Of a stretch of 64,000 bases of DNA, positions 20,994 through 32,343 are shown in pieces. A program made the position numbers and the translations under genes. Origin of the DNA: Prochlorococcus sp. AG-355-B18 (GTDB taxonomy: Bacteria; Cyanobacteriota; Cyanobacteriia; PCC-6307; Cyanobiaceae); assembly GCA_003280965.1 (NCBI GenBank), contig QCDI01000007.1, forward strand, positions 1-64,000. The letters run 5' to 3'. Every line of letters begins with the position of its first letter. The stretch's first letter is position 1. The notes under the pieces were generated by a model. It saw only the letters and a list, made by a program, of their open reading frames with translations, searched no databases and was not told the origin of the DNA.

Positions 20994-22398
20994 AATCTGA
21001 AAATTCTTGACTATTTGATATACCGATTAGAGTATTAATAATATCATCTGGGTTATCAAGAATGTGAATTTTTGTATTCAGAATTTGTGAGACTTCACTT
21101 ATTTTTTTGTCGTCCAAAAATAATTCACTATTATGCTTTAACATAATTGATGGAATAAAAACTGCTTCTCCAAGATCTTTTTTAGATAATCCGTGAATTA
21201 AATCTTCACCAGTTAGAAGTCCTGTCACGACTTGTTCTTGACCCCAATAAATGCTTGGTAAACCGTATAGTTTAATGGTTAATCCATCTATGAGATTTAA
21301 CTTTTCTACTGTTGGAATAAGTGCTTCATAAACTAATTTTCCTACAATCCAACTAACTTTTCTGATTTTATTTATCTTTTTTGGTAAGTTACGAGTTTTG
21401 ATAGTTAATATTTTAAGAAAACTTCTAATTGATCCTACTCCATTTGATTCTTGTGGTATATTTTCATAGGTTTTGTAACTAGGTAAATTTGTACCTGCTA
21501 TTAAATACCATTCGTCTGCTAGCCAACAAAAACGAGTTCCAAGACTAATTTGTAAAGATGCTTGAATCCTCTCTACTTGTTTTATAGTTTTCATTGCGTA
21601 TTCTGAGCTTATTGATTTCAATCCATCATTTTCAGGTCTAAATTTTGTAAGTCCTACAGGAACTATTGCCACTGAAAGTACAGTTTGAGAAGTTTTTTTA
21701 TGGAATTCTGCAAGTTCAAAAATTGATTTTTCAAGAACTTCCCCGTCATTTATATCTGGACATACAACAATTTGAGCATGTATTTGAATCGAGTTTTTTT
21801 CAAACCAAGAAATTTGATCAAGAATTACTCTGGCTTTTTTATTTTTTAATAATTTTTCTCTAGTTTCAGGATCAGTTGCATGTACAGAAATAAAAAGTGG
21901 GGATAGTTTTTGTGTAGAAATTCTTTCCCAGTCTTCTTTTTTTAAATTCGTAAGAGTTAGATAAGAGCCATATAGAAAACTTAATCTATAATCATCGTCT
22001 TTTATGTAAAGGCTTTTTCTTTTACCGCTTGGCTGTTGATCTATAAAACAAAATGGACATTTATTATTGCACTGCTTTATTGAATCAAATAATGCATCTT
22101 TAAAATTAATACCTAAATTGGCATCTTGATCTTTTTCAATACTTACATTATGAATTTCATGATTTTTATCTAAAACTGATATGTCTAAGAATTCTTCACT
22201 AATTAGAATTTGATAATCAATTAAATCTCTTGGTTTTTTTCCATTTATACTAATAATTGAATCACCTGATTCGAATCCTATTTGATGAGCAATGGAATTA
22301 GCTTCGATACTTTCAATTTCTGCAGGGTTTATTTTATGAGAAATATTGGGAATCAAAAGATCATTTGAATCTTCTTTATAATTGATTTCTTTCCACAC
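20986..22398 (-). CDS. PDZ/DUF512 radical-SAM-like Fe-S protein
   Basis: CNNKCPFCFIDQ, KDDDYRLSFLYG, VTGLLTGEDL. Confidence 0.85.
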   Translation of the reverse strand: MWKEINYKEDSNDLLIPNISHKINPAEIESIEANSIAHQIGFESGDSIISINGKKPRDLIDYQILISEEFLDISVLDKNHEIHNVSIEKDQDANLGINFKDALFDSIKQCNNKCPFCFIDQQPSGKRKSLYIKDDDYRLSFLYGSYLTLTNLKKEDWERISTQKLSPLFISVHATDPETREKLLKNKKARVILDQISWFEKNSIQIHAQIVVCPDINDGEVLEKSIFELAEFHKKTSQTVLSVAIVPVGLTKFRPENDGLKSISSEYAMKTIKQVERIQASLQISLGTRFCWLADEWYLIAGTNLPSYKTYENIPQESNGVGSIRSFLKILTIKTRNLPKKINKIRKVSWIVGKLVYEALIPTVEKLNLIDGLTIKLYGLPSIYWGQEQVVTGLLTGEDLIHGLSKKDLGEAVFIPSIMLKHNSELFLDDKKISEVSQILNTKIHILDNPDDIINTLIGISNSQEFSDYA

Positions 22399-22585
22399 AA
22401 TTAAATTTAAAATATTTTTCTTTATTTTTATTCTAAACTCATATATGACTCAAAGTGTATTAAATACTTTTAAAATACTAAATATATGTATAAAAGTAGG
22501 GGCCTTTAATTTATTAAAATATGGCATTCGCAGTTTTTTAAAACACGATTTAAATTTATTAAAATAACTAAATAAGTTTTATTCA

Positions 22586-23353
22586 TTGAAAGAATTAATT
22601 AAAAAAAATTTAGAAGTGAAAGATAAATTGAACTATGAATTTCATGAATTACCTGATGCAGATGAAAGTACCTTTTTATCAAGGCCAATTTCTCTAAGAT
22701 TGTGGACTTCTTTTTTTGTAATTTTGCCTATATTTGTTCAAGCCCCTTGGGTTAGATTAGAACCAATTAGTGCTCTATGTTTTACTTTAATAATTCTATC
22801 AGTGGCATATTTTTTGCATAAAAAAGAATCAAATAAATGTTTTATAATTAGTTCATTATTATTTGGCGTATCAGGTAGTTGGCTAGGTGGATGTTTGTTT
22901 TGGGGATGGTTAAGCCCTTTTCCTATACTACATATTCCTGTTGAAGCAGTAGTGCTCCCATTAGCTTTAATTGGACTTGGTACTAATTGGAGAATTGGTT
23001 CTAGTTTCTACATATCTTCTTTATTTGGAACTGCGGTTACTGACATGACAATATTTTTGATCGGAATAATGGATCAATGGAAGGAAGTCATAACAGCAGA
23101 TTCTGAAAATGCACCTCTAATTCTTCAAAAAACCTCAGAAAATCTCATTCAAATAAAATCATTATCTATAATTTTTTTTGTTGCACTTATACTTTGGTTT
23201 ATTTCAAAAGAAATTTTTGATTCTGCGACTATAAACACTACTAATGGTAAAGCACTCTTGGTTGCTAGTTATGTAATTCAAACGACATTGATTGTTGATG
23301 GTATTTTTGTTTTCTTAGCAATTTTAGAACCAACTTTGAGTGGATTAGTTTAA
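22586..23353 (+). CDS. DUF3120-like membrane protein
   Basis: PIFVQAPWVR, WLGGCLFWGWL, HIPVEA. Confidence 0.75.
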   Translation: MKELIKKNLEVKDKLNYEFHELPDADESTFLSRPISLRLWTSFFVILPIFVQAPWVRLEPISALCFTLIILSVAYFLHKKESNKCFIISSLLFGVSGSWLGGCLFWGWLSPFPILHIPVEAVVLPLALIGLGTNWRIGSSFYISSLFGTAVTDMTIFLIGIMDQWKEVITADSENAPLILQKTSENLIQIKSLSIIFFVALILWFISKEIFDSATINTTNGKALLVASYVIQTTLIVDGIFVFLAILEPTLSGLV

Positions 23354-25020
23354 TGCTGAGGGCTCCATTTTCACAAGAACCCATACCAATAAATAATTGG
23401 GATGTAATAGTTGTTGGTGCAGGGGCTGCAGGACTTATGACATGTCTTGAATTACCTGCAAGTTTAAAAGTACTACTTTTAAATAGAAATACTAGTAAGG
23501 TATCTTCTAGTAGATGGGCTCAAGGTGGAATAGCATCTGTTATTAGACAAGACGATTCATTTGATCTTCATGCACATGACACTTTAAAGGCAGGAGATGG
23601 ACTATGTGATTTTCAAGCTGTAGAAATGCTTGTTAAAGAAGCCCCAGGTTGCGTAGATAGGTTACAGAATTTAGGAATGATTTTTGATCAAAGTTCTGAT
23701 CAATTAGCTACTACTTTAGAAGCAGCCCATTCTCGAAGAAGAGTTTTGCATGTTAAAGATCGTACTGGCAGAGCATTAGTTGAAGTTCTAGAAGATCATA
23801 TTGAAAATAAAAAAAATATTCTTCATTGTAGGGGTGTAAGAGTAACTGAACTTCTCATTGAAAATAAAGAATGTAGAGGAGTTCAGGTTCTTGATGGAGC
23901 AAATTTATATTGGATTCAATCGAGAGCTGTTGTTTTAGCTACAGGTGGGGGTGGGCATTTATTTACTAATACAACAAATCCTGCTCAATCGTCTGGAGAA
24001 GGGATTGCTCTTGCATGGAAAGCAGGCGCTGCTATCGAAGATTTAGAGTTCGTGCAATTTCATCCAACCGCTCTAAAATTTTATGGTGCACCTTGCTTTT
24101 TAATATCTGAGGCACTTAGAGGAGAAGGTGCCATTTTAGTTGATAAAAATGGTGAAAGTCCAGTTAAAAATCTTGAAGATCGTGATTTAGCTTCTAGAGA
24201 TCAAGTTAGTAGAGCAATTATAGAAAATATGCATAATAATAATGTGGATCATGTTGGCTTAGATCTTCGATATATTGATCCAGAAAAAATTGTAGAGCGC
24301 TTCCCCACGATTTTAAGTCGATGTCAGGATTATGGAGTTAACCCTTTAAATGAAGTTATACCTGTAGCTCCTGCAGCTCACTATTGGATGGGAGGTGTTA
24401 AAACTGACTTAAATGCATCTTCTACAAGAAAAGGATTATATGCGGTTGGAGAAGTTGCTTCTACAGGTGTTCATGGTGCTAATAGACTGGCAAGTAATTC
24501 TCTGATGGAGTGTCTTGTTTTCGCAAGAAAACTGTCTGGGATTGTTTTGAATGATCTTACTGAATTTACAAAATTTGATAGATCATTGCAGGAGTTTGAT
24601 ATTCAAGATCCTAAAGAAGGTCAAATTTCCAAAATTGTTGAAAAAATTGATGAACTAAGAAAACTATGTTGGTTAAATTTAGGTGTATCTCGAAATAAGA
24701 TAAATATGAGTAAATTTCTGAATTTTATTCAAGATGATATTGATAAATTACATAAAAATGCTTTACTAAATACTCTTGAAAAAATAAAATTTGATCAAAA
24801 AATTAAACTTAGTGAACGCAATAGGAGAGCATTAAATCTCTTACTTGATTTAAAGAATAGACAAATAACAACTATAACTTTATTAAAAGCTTGTCTGTTT
24901 CGAGAAGAGAGTAGAGGAGGTCATTATAGAGATGATTTTCCAGATAAAGATAAAAATTGGGAATGCCATACTAGACAACAGTTAGATCAAAAAATTCAAA
25001 AAAGATTTATTAAAAATTAG
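23353..25020 (+). CDS. nadB: L-aspartate oxidase
   Basis: AQGGIA, QFHPT, SEALRGEG, HGANRLASNSL, ESRGGH. Confidence 0.93.
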   Translation: MLRAPFSQEPIPINNWDVIVVGAGAAGLMTCLELPASLKVLLLNRNTSKVSSSRWAQGGIASVIRQDDSFDLHAHDTLKAGDGLCDFQAVEMLVKEAPGCVDRLQNLGMIFDQSSDQLATTLEAAHSRRRVLHVKDRTGRALVEVLEDHIENKKNILHCRGVRVTELLIENKECRGVQVLDGANLYWIQSRAVVLATGGGGHLFTNTTNPAQSSGEGIALAWKAGAAIEDLEFVQFHPTALKFYGAPCFLISEALRGEGAILVDKNGESPVKNLEDRDLASRDQVSRAIIENMHNNNVDHVGLDLRYIDPEKIVERFPTILSRCQDYGVNPLNEVIPVAPAAHYWMGGVKTDLNASSTRKGLYAVGEVASTGVHGANRLASNSLMECLVFARKLSGIVLNDLTEFTKFDRSLQEFDIQDPKEGQISKIVEKIDELRKLCWLNLGVSRNKINMSKFLNFIQDDIDKLHKNALLNTLEKIKFDQKIKLSERNRRALNLLLDLKNRQITTITLLKACLFREESRGGHYRDDFPDKDKNWECHTRQQLDQKIQKRFIKN

Positions 25021-25945
25021 AATCTCCTTGATAACCTGTCTTTGTGGCTAATTCATTCAAGTCGCGAGTCCCACTAATGATTTCTCCATTTATTTCCCAT
25101 GATGGAAATCCACTGATTCCTTTCGTTTGGCATAGCTCATACTCATTATCTTTACCATCTTTAGCACATTCAACTACTTTTAATTCTTTAACTGCTTCTT
25201 TACCAAATAATTGTTTCTGATCGTGGCAATGAGGGCACCAGTATGCGCTAAACATAATAATATCGTTTTCACTTAAAAATTTTGCAAATTTTACCTTCTG
25301 GGGAGAGCTTGAAGTGGTAATTATTGGCGATACATTTTCTGTGGGGCTTGAAATATCAATAGCATTAGATGGGTCAACGTTTGTTGACCAAATTAGACCC
25401 CCCAGCAGGACACTAATGGCTACAATGAAACCTCTAAAAATCATAGGTTCTCTACTTTCAAACTTTGCTCCAATCATAGAAATTATAAAGATAGAAAACG
25501 ATAAAATTGCTGAAAGTATACAAAAAAAGCAATATGCTTTAATCTTAAAAAACATTATATTTATCAATAAAAAGCTAAATGTTGATGACGCACAAGAAAT
25601 TAAAAATACTAACCACCATAAAAACTTATTTAGTTTTTCTTTTGGGGAAATTAAATTAAGCGAGAGTATTATTGTGATAACTAATATTGATAAATATGTT
25701 ATGAATCCAGCTAATGAGAGAGGTATATTAACTTGACTATTTTCAAATAAAGTACCCCAAGGACTATTTAAAACCGTTTCACAACCATTTCGTATTCCTG
25801 GGCACGAAAGCGAAGTAAATAATCCCCAGTTTTTTAAAGTAATCGAACCTGTATCAACTATGCCTATAGTGCTAAGAATTGCGATTATGATTTTTGGCCA
25901 TTTCAAATCTTTTTTATTTCTTCTGTTTAAAGTCTGGAGGGCCAT
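25010..25945 (-). CDS. VKOR-thioredoxin fusion
   Basis: TM domain with CFFC, soluble WCPHC. Confidence 0.88.
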   Translation of the reverse strand: MALQTLNRRNKKDLKWPKIIIAILSTIGIVDTGSITLKNWGLFTSLSCPGIRNGCETVLNSPWGTLFENSQVNIPLSLAGFITYLSILVITIILSLNLISPKEKLNKFLWWLVFLISCASSTFSFLLINIMFFKIKAYCFFCILSAILSFSIFIISMIGAKFESREPMIFRGFIVAISVLLGGLIWSTNVDPSNAIDISSPTENVSPIITTSSSPQKVKFAKFLSENDIIMFSAYWCPHCHDQKQLFGKEAVKELKVVECAKDGKDNEYELCQTKGISGFPSWEINGEIISGTRDLNELATKTGYQGDSNF

Positions 25946-26048
25946 ACAAAAAGAAAGTTTGTTATTTACATTATCTATTCTAATATTATCTTGGCATGAG
26001 TTATTTACGAAATGCTTTTAAAATCCTTTAATTCTTATTTTTCAAGTT

Positions 26049-27419
26049 GTGAAACAAAATAGTTTTAATATAAAAGAAAAAAAACTATCTAAGATTGCAT
26101 TTAGTCATATTGGTTGTGAGAAAAATCTTGTTGATACTCAACATATGCAAGGCTTATTAGATAAAGAGGGTTATGAAGTTGACAATAATATAAATGATGC
26201 AAATGTTGTTGTTGTAAATACTTGTAGTTTTATTGAAACAGCTAGAGAAGAATCTATTAGAAAAATTCTAGAATATACAAATCAAGGAAAGGAAGTAATA
26301 GTTGCAGGCTGTATGGCTCAGCATTTTAAAGATGAGCTTATAAAAGAAATCCCTGAAATAAAAGGTTTGGTTGGGACAGGAGATTATCAAAAGATAGCCA
26401 AGGTTTTAGACAGAGTAGAAAAAGGGGAAATCGTTAATGAAGTTTCAAAAATACCTGAATTTATTGCAGATGAGGAAATGCCTCGTTTTGTAGAAAAAAA
26501 CAAATTTGTTGCTTATCTTCGTATTGCTGAAGGCTGCAACTATAATTGCGCTTTTTGTATTATTCCTAAATTGAGAGGGCCCCAAAGAAGTAGAACAATA
26601 GAATCTATAGTTTCAGAAGCCAAAAGTCTTGCAAAGCAGGGGATACAAGAAATTATATTAATTAGTCAAATAACAACTAATTATGGTCAAGATATTTATG
26701 GAAAACCATCATTAGCCAAACTTTTGAATGAGCTTTCTAAAGTTCCAATTCCTTGGATCAGGATACATTATGCTTATCCAACGGGTTTAACTGATGAAGT
26801 TATTAAAGCTTTCAAAGATTCAGAGAATATAGTGCCTTACTTTGATTTACCACTTCAGCATAGTCATCCAGATGTGTTGAAGAGTATGAATAGACCTTGG
26901 CAGGCTTCTTTGAATGAATCAATTTTGGAGAAAATTAGAAAAGAAATCCCATCTGCTGTATTAAGAACTAGTCTCATTGTTGGTTTCCCAGGAGAAAAGA
27001 AAGAACATTTTGAACATCTTCTGGAATTTTTGTATAGGCATAAATTTGATCATGTAGGAGTGTTTATTTTTTCTCCAGAGGACGGAACTGCAGCTTTTGA
27101 TTTGCCAAATAGAGTATTCCCAGAGGTTGCAGAGGCAAGAAAAGATAATGTTATTTCAGTTCAACAAAATATCTCTAGAGATAAAAATCAGGCATATGTT
27201 GGTTCAAAAATGAAAGTTTTGGTAGAAAAAATATCAGATAATAAGGAATTAATAGGTAGGTCCTACAATTTCGCACCTGAAATTGACGGAAATGTAATTT
27301 TATCTATTGATTCTAATGCTAATAATGATTTTAAAAATTATATTGGAAAATTTGTTGAAGCAAATATTTCTTTTGCCGATGAATATGATTTGTATGGAGA
27401 GATTATTAAAATTTTTTAG
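26049..27419 (+). CDS. rimO: S12 methylthiotransferase
   Basis: [33 protein letters not shown]. Confidence 0.93.
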   Translation: MKQNSFNIKEKKLSKIAFSHIGCEKNLVDTQHMQGLLDKEGYEVDNNINDANVVVVNTCSFIETAREESIRKILEYTNQGKEVIVAGCMAQHFKDELIKEIPEIKGLVGTGDYQKIAKVLDRVEKGEIVNEVSKIPEFIADEEMPRFVEKNKFVAYLRIAEGCNYNCAFCIIPKLRGPQRSRTIESIVSEAKSLAKQGIQEIILISQITTNYGQDIYGKPSLAKLLNELSKVPIPWIRIHYAYPTGLTDEVIKAFKDSENIVPYFDLPLQHSHPDVLKSMNRPWQASLNESILEKIRKEIPSAVLRTSLIVGFPGEKKEHFEHLLEFLYRHKFDHVGVFIFSPEDGTAAFDLPNRVFPEVAEARKDNVISVQQNISRDKNQAYVGSKMKVLVEKISDNKELIGRSYNFAPEIDGNVILSIDSNANNDFKNYIGKFVEANISFADEYDLYGEIIKIF

Positions 27420-27422
27420 TTT

Positions 27423-27515
27423 TTAAATTAATTTAACTGCTCTTAAGAGCTTATCTAATGCGAAAGCAGCTCCAAAACCAAAACCAATAAATGCAATATA
27501 GAAAATGATGTTCAT
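27423..27515 (-). CDS. petL: Cytochrome b6f subunit PetL, 30 aa (not in ORF track)
   Basis: MNIIFYIAFIGFGFGAAFALDKLLRAVKLI*; single TM with PetL-type xxKLI end. Confidence 0.72.
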   Translation of the reverse strand: MNIIFYIAFIGFGFGAAFALDKLLRAVKLI

Positions 27516-27579
27516 TAATTTTTTTATTTTTATTTAATTTAACATCAGATGAAAAGATTAGATTTTTTCGTTTAATTTC

Positions 27580-27966
27580 TTAATCTTGGATATATGGTAA
27601 TTTTTTGTATAAACATTCTTCTGCTTTTTGTAGTTCCCGGCCTAAATATAGAGCATGATCGAATCTGGTTATTAAGTCATTTCTTTCTTCAGTAATCAAT
27701 ATTCCAAGTTGTTTCGCACTAATACCTTTAAAGACTTCATTACTAACTCTTTTATTTTGAGAGTCGCATTTAATTGGTTCATTTGTTTCTGGGTCAAGAG
27801 CATAGCCTTCTTCATCGATGTTATTTAAAAAGTGCTCTAAAATTATTTGATTTTCTTCTAAATCAACTTTTATAATAAAATAACCGTTTGGATCTAAATC
27901 TATATATCGGTTGGATAGATTATTATCAATCTTTATTTTTTCACCTAAACTTTTTCTAGAATCCAT
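27580..27966 (-). CDS. DUF4346-like protein
   Basis: LDPNGYFII, DHALYLGRELQKAE, YIQD. Confidence 0.75.
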   Translation of the reverse strand: MDSRKSLGEKIKIDNNLSNRYIDLDPNGYFIIKVDLEENQIILEHFLNNIDEEGYALDPETNEPIKCDSQNKRVSNEVFKGISAKQLGILITEERNDLITRFDHALYLGRELQKAEECLYKKLPYIQD

Positions 27967-28026
27967 TATTAGAAGTTAATAAAAATTATATTAATAATAT
28001 AATCTTTAGAAAAGCCAAATAATTTT

Positions 28027-29181
28027 TTATTTAAAGGGTATAGAATTGTTCTCAAATTCAATTTCCTTCTCGGTTTGCTTATTAACTTCATTTAGCCAAG
28101 GAAAAATTATATTTTCCATATTTTTGTCAAACCACTTATGCAAGCTAATGGTGCTTTTTGCAAAAAACCCTCTCCGCCTTTTATGTTTACCACCCGCTCC
28201 AGGATCAAAAAAATCGATATTATTTTTTATTGCCCATTCAATTGGCTGGTAGTAGCATAATTCAAAATGTAAATTAGATATGTCTTCTTGACTACCCCAA
28301 TATCTACCCCATAAGTTGTTTTTATTTTTAACACACATCGACATAGCAAAAATATCATTTGAATCATTTTTTGATGCGCTAAAAAGTAAAATATTTTTTT
28401 TATTAGCAACAATTTTTTCGAAAAATGTAGATGTTAGATATTTACTTCCCCAAACTCCCCACCTCGAACAATGCTGTTCATAAAAATTATGCATTTTTTT
28501 GAGGATTTCTTGGTTGATATCATCTTCATTAAAAATTTCTACTTTTACATCTTGTTTAGTAATTGATTTCCTCTCTTTTTTGATATTTTTTCTCTGATTA
28601 GAGTTAAATCTACAAAGAAAATCATCAAACGTCTTTTCTCCATTACTCCTCCATTCACTGCTGGAATTTATCCATTTATGGTATCCCAAAGATTTGAGAT
28701 GATTGCCCCAGCTTTCGTCAATGTATAAAAAATTACAACTTAAAATTTTGTTTGTAATCGCAAAGCTTTCGATATGGTTTATGAGTAAATTTGTAATTTC
28801 TTTCTTATCTTCATTTTTTTTATAAAGAAATTGATATCCTTTTACAGGACTATAAGGACTCATTCCAATTAATTTAGGGTAATAATTTAAATTCAGCTCT
28901 TGAGCCAATCTTGCAAATGATTGATCAAAAATGAATTCTCCATAGCTATGATTTTTTAAAAAAAGTGGAGCAATTCCTAATATTTCTTCATTTTTATAAG
29001 CAACAAAATATAGAGGCTGCCAACCAGTTTCCCTTGAAACACTTTTTGATATTTCAAGGTTTTTCAGCCAAGTCCATTCATAGAATGGATTATTGATTTC
29101 ATTTGTTAATTCATTCCATATCTCATTGGAGATTTCCTTGATTGACAATTTGACTTCAACTTTATGTATTTTTTGGTTCAT
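28027..29181 (-). CDS. GNAT-like DUF482 family protein
   Basis: HSYGEFIFD, GRYWG, LHFELCYY, GAGGKHK. Confidence 0.8.
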   Translation of the reverse strand: MNQKIHKVEVKLSIKEISNEIWNELTNEINNPFYEWTWLKNLEISKSVSRETGWQPLYFVAYKNEEILGIAPLFLKNHSYGEFIFDQSFARLAQELNLNYYPKLIGMSPYSPVKGYQFLYKKNEDKKEITNLLINHIESFAITNKILSCNFLYIDESWGNHLKSLGYHKWINSSSEWRSNGEKTFDDFLCRFNSNQRKNIKKERKSITKQDVKVEIFNEDDINQEILKKMHNFYEQHCSRWGVWGSKYLTSTFFEKIVANKKNILLFSASKNDSNDIFAMSMCVKNKNNLWGRYWGSQEDISNLHFELCYYQPIEWAIKNNIDFFDPGAGGKHKRRRGFFAKSTISLHKWFDKNMENIIFPWLNEVNKQTEKEIEFENNSIPFK

Positions 29182-29198
29182 TTATTATTGAATCTATT

Positions 29199-29849
29199 TC
29201 AAATTTTTTTGTAATGAATATGGATTTCATTATTCATTAAATTTTTAATTGATTTTATTTCCCATAGTCTTTTGAGATTAAAAATCTCATTTGTTTCTTC
29301 TGGAGGGATCCATGTATATTTACCTCCAATAATTTGTGGAATTATTGTAATTTTTATATCTGTTATTAGATCCTCTTTTATAAATGAATTTATAAGTTTT
29401 GTACCTCCTAAAAGAGCTAGATCATTTATTCCTTGTTTTTTAAGTGAAATTAAAGTTTTACCCCATGAATCTTCAAAAAAGAGGTGTTTCTCGAAGTCAT
29501 TATTCAACGAATTATCAACTTTACTTGAGCTTATTAGCCATCTTCTAATTGGTTGACGAAAGTATTCCCAATTACTGTTAAATTTTTTGGAATTTGAAGC
29601 AACTATAGAAATTGGTTGTTTTTTTGATACTGTTACTTCGTCATTACCATTGAGATTTTTAATTAGGTAAGTTGATTGATGAGCTATTAAAGTACCTAAA
29701 CCAAAAATGGTGGCGTCAACCATTGATAAGTGTTGATTTAACATTTTTTTATCTTCTTCGCTTCCAAGATGCGACTCTCCACCTCCAGGAAATGCAATTC
29801 TCCCATCAAGACTAGATGCTATAACAATTATTACTCTTGGGATACTCAA
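29199..29849 (-). CDS. RibD C-terminal/DHFR-like protein
   Basis: ASSLDGRIA, LLGG. Confidence 0.8.
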   Translation of the reverse strand: MSIPRVIIVIASSLDGRIAFPGGGESHLGSEEDKKMLNQHLSMVDATIFGLGTLIAHQSTYLIKNLNGNDEVTVSKKQPISIVASNSKKFNSNWEYFRQPIRRWLISSSKVDNSLNNDFEKHLFFEDSWGKTLISLKKQGINDLALLGGTKLINSFIKEDLITDIKITIIPQIIGGKYTWIPPEETNEIFNLKRLWEIKSIKNLMNNEIHIHYKKI

Positions 29850-30772
29850 ATTTGTGAGACTAAACTATTTTCAAGTTTCAAATTCAATGAATTGGTTAGC
29901 TTTTGATCAACATAAATTTCTGCAGCATTATTTGGGCTTTCTTGGAGTCTTATTTTGTGTAATTTTGCACCAAGTTCATGTATTGGATTTTTAAGAATAT
30001 CAGAAATATATAAAGCTATATTTTCAGCAGTTGGAACACAATTCTGGAAAAATTCGATGTCTTTATTTAGAAAAGTATGATCTAGTTGTTCAACAACTAA
30101 ATCATTAATTATCTTCTGGAGCGCAGATAAGTCGCAAACCATTCCCGTTCTTTTATCAATGTCTCCTTTTACAGTTATATCGACAAGATAGTTATGACCA
30201 TGTCCATTAACTCTGGCACATTTCCCATAGATTTTTTTATTTTCATCAAAAGAAATCTCTTCTTTTGCAAGTCTATGAGCGGCTGCAAAATGAGTTTGTA
30301 CTGTTAAAAATGCTTCCATGTTTTTTCCAAAATAATCTGCCCATAAATTTGGGTTTTCATAAAGCCTTAGACTTGTAAGAGGTAAATCATCCTTAAGACG
30401 ACTCCAAATAACCTTGACTAATGCTTCAGTTGTGGGAATTATACCTTCTTGATTATTAACATTAAATTCAGGCCAGACATCATTTAAGAAACGAAAATCT
30501 AATTGTCCAGTAACCTTATCTTTAATAGAGTGTTTTACATCAGAGAGATTAAGTACCATTCCATCAGAATCTAGTTCGCCACCCATTGAAACAATAAGTT
30601 CATAGTTATGACCATGACCTGGTGCAATACTGCAATTTCCAAAAAGAGATAAATTTTCTTCTGGGGTTTTTTCAGGAAGCCAATAACGGTGACTAGAACT
30701 AAAGCAGGCACGTCGAGTTATGACGCATTCACGTCCTTTTCCATGTAATGGTTTGGATTGTGTAGAAGTCAT
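29846..30772 (-). CDS. queD: 6-carboxytetrahydropterin synthase (two-domain)
   Basis: GHGHNY twice, PTTE/PTAEN. Confidence 0.85.
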   Translation of the reverse strand: MTSTQSKPLHGKGRECVITRRACFSSSHRYWLPEKTPEENLSLFGNCSIAPGHGHNYELIVSMGGELDSDGMVLNLSDVKHSIKDKVTGQLDFRFLNDVWPEFNVNNQEGIIPTTEALVKVIWSRLKDDLPLTSLRLYENPNLWADYFGKNMEAFLTVQTHFAAAHRLAKEEISFDENKKIYGKCARVNGHGHNYLVDITVKGDIDKRTGMVCDLSALQKIINDLVVEQLDHTFLNKDIEFFQNCVPTAENIALYISDILKNPIHELGAKLHKIRLQESPNNAAEIYVDQKLTNSLNLKLENSLVSQI

Positions 30773-30822
30773 ACCTTTCTGCGATAATACTATCTTAAGG
30801 TTTTAAATACGCTTTTGTCTTT

Positions 30823-31380
30823 ATGGAACAAACCATTATCAAAAAAACAGTTAATACTTTAAAGGGCAGAAGCATATTTTTAATAGGAATGATGGGTTCT
30901 GGTAAGTCACAAACCGGTTTGAAGCTGGCTGAATTATTGAAGTATAAACATATTGATTTAGATTCGTTAATAGAGAAGTTGGCAAAAAAATCTATCAATC
31001 AAATTTTTAATGATGAAGGAGAAAATAATTTCCGTGAATTAGAAGCAAACTGCCTCAAAGAAACTATCAAAATTCCTTCATTAGTAATCTCTACTGGGGG
31101 AGGAATAGTTACCAAATCGGAAAACTGGGGAATATTAAGGCAGGGAATAATTGCTTGGATAGATCTCGACAAAGATATAGCAATTGAAAGATTGAAAAAT
31201 GAAATTGAAAATAGACCACTTCTTCAGGGAAAGAATCTAAATGATTTATATATGAGCATTTTTCAATCTAGAGAAAATTTGTATTCTCAAGCAGATTTAA
31301 GAATTAAAGTAAAAAAGGAAAATATTGAAGAAGTCGCTATGAAAATAATTAATGCAATTCATAAAGAAATAGTTAGTTAA
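30823..31380 (+). CDS. aroK: Shikimate kinase
   Basis: GMMGSGKS, GENNFR, STGGG, RPLL. Confidence 0.93.
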   Translation: MEQTIIKKTVNTLKGRSIFLIGMMGSGKSQTGLKLAELLKYKHIDLDSLIEKLAKKSINQIFNDEGENNFRELEANCLKETIKIPSLVISTGGGIVTKSENWGILRQGIIAWIDLDKDIAIERLKNEIENRPLLQGKNLNDLYMSIFQSRENLYSQADLRIKVKKENIEEVAMKIINAIHKEIVS

Positions 31381-31634
31381 TCTGGTTCAATTCTTACTGC
31401 AAACCATTTGATAACGTATCCTAATTTTATTTCTAATTCATAAGTACTTTCTAATAATTCTTCAAAAAATTCCTGATCAGGATCTTCTATATTTTGATAT
31501 ATTGTTTGTGTTTCTGTCTTATTGAGCCAATTCTTCAACCATAAAATTGCATCTTGCTTTGATACAATTTTTTCTTTTGAATCTGGCTCTAATAATACAT
31601 AATGATCTGATGCTCTTATTAGTGGATTTGACAT
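31377..31634 (-). CDS. CRR7-like NDH assembly factor
   Basis: DHYVLLEP...WFAVRIE. Confidence 0.75.
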   Translation of the reverse strand: MSNPLIRASDHYVLLEPDSKEKIVSKQDAILWLKNWLNKTETQTIYQNIEDPDQEFFEELLESTYELEIKLGYVIKWFAVRIEPD

Positions 31635-31635
31635 A

Positions 31636-32343
31636 ATGAAGATTCTTCTTGGATTAATTCTTTTCTTGATTTTTCAAGGAATTTTTTTAGAAAGTTCTTT
31701 TGCTTTTGTAGATTCTAATGTACGAGAGTTTTTGGAAAATCGTGTAAATCAATGGCCAGAATTATATTTACCAAATTTTAAATTCTCGGATACTTCTGAG
31801 GATTTAGTTTATCCTAAATGGTTCGAGGGGAATTGGCTTGTTACTTCTAAAGATATAACTAATGATTCAGAAGAGCCAGTTATTTATAAAGTAAATTTCT
31901 TTAAGAATGATTCAGATTTAATTGTTGGTAATCGTGCAAAAAATTCTGAATCTATCGGAAAAGCAATATTTGGCGATACCTTAATCAAGGTTGTAAATGA
32001 TCCTCAATCTATTAACAATCAAATTACTTATTTAAAAGATGATTTTTATATCGATTCAAGAATTATAGGGAGAAATCAGATCCAAGATGATGATATTTTT
32101 TTCGCAGATGAGCTAGTTATACAAACTGCACATAAGCCAGGTGCTTCCCGGGTTAATCAGGTAGAGACCATTAGTAAATTTCAAAAATGTTCCGAAGAAA
32201 TATTGGAAGTTGATAATTCAATCAAACCATCAATTTGTGGAGTGCAATATGTTGCTTCTTATGGTTCAAAAGTTGGTGATCCTTCTATTCATGCTATAAA
32301 AACAAATAAATATAAATTAACATTTGAATTTATTGAGAGTTAG
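31636..32343 (+). CDS. Conserved exported protein
   Basis: Signal peptide, DLVYPKWFEGNW. Confidence 0.7.
   Translation: MKILLGLILFLIFQGIFLESSFAFVDSNVREFLENRVNQWPELYLPNFKFSDTSEDLVYPKWFEGNWLVTSKDITNDSEEPVIYKVNFFKNDSDLIVGNRAKNSESIGKAIFGDTLIKVVNDPQSINNQITYLKDDFYIDSRIIGRNQIQDDDIFFADELVIQTAHKPGASRVNQVETISKFQKCSEEILEVDNSIKPSICGVQYVASYGSKVGDPSIHAIKTNKYKLTFEFIES

Noticed and set aside
29846..30772. Duplicated PTPS domain in queD
   Set aside because: The two-domain form is normal in cyanobacteria
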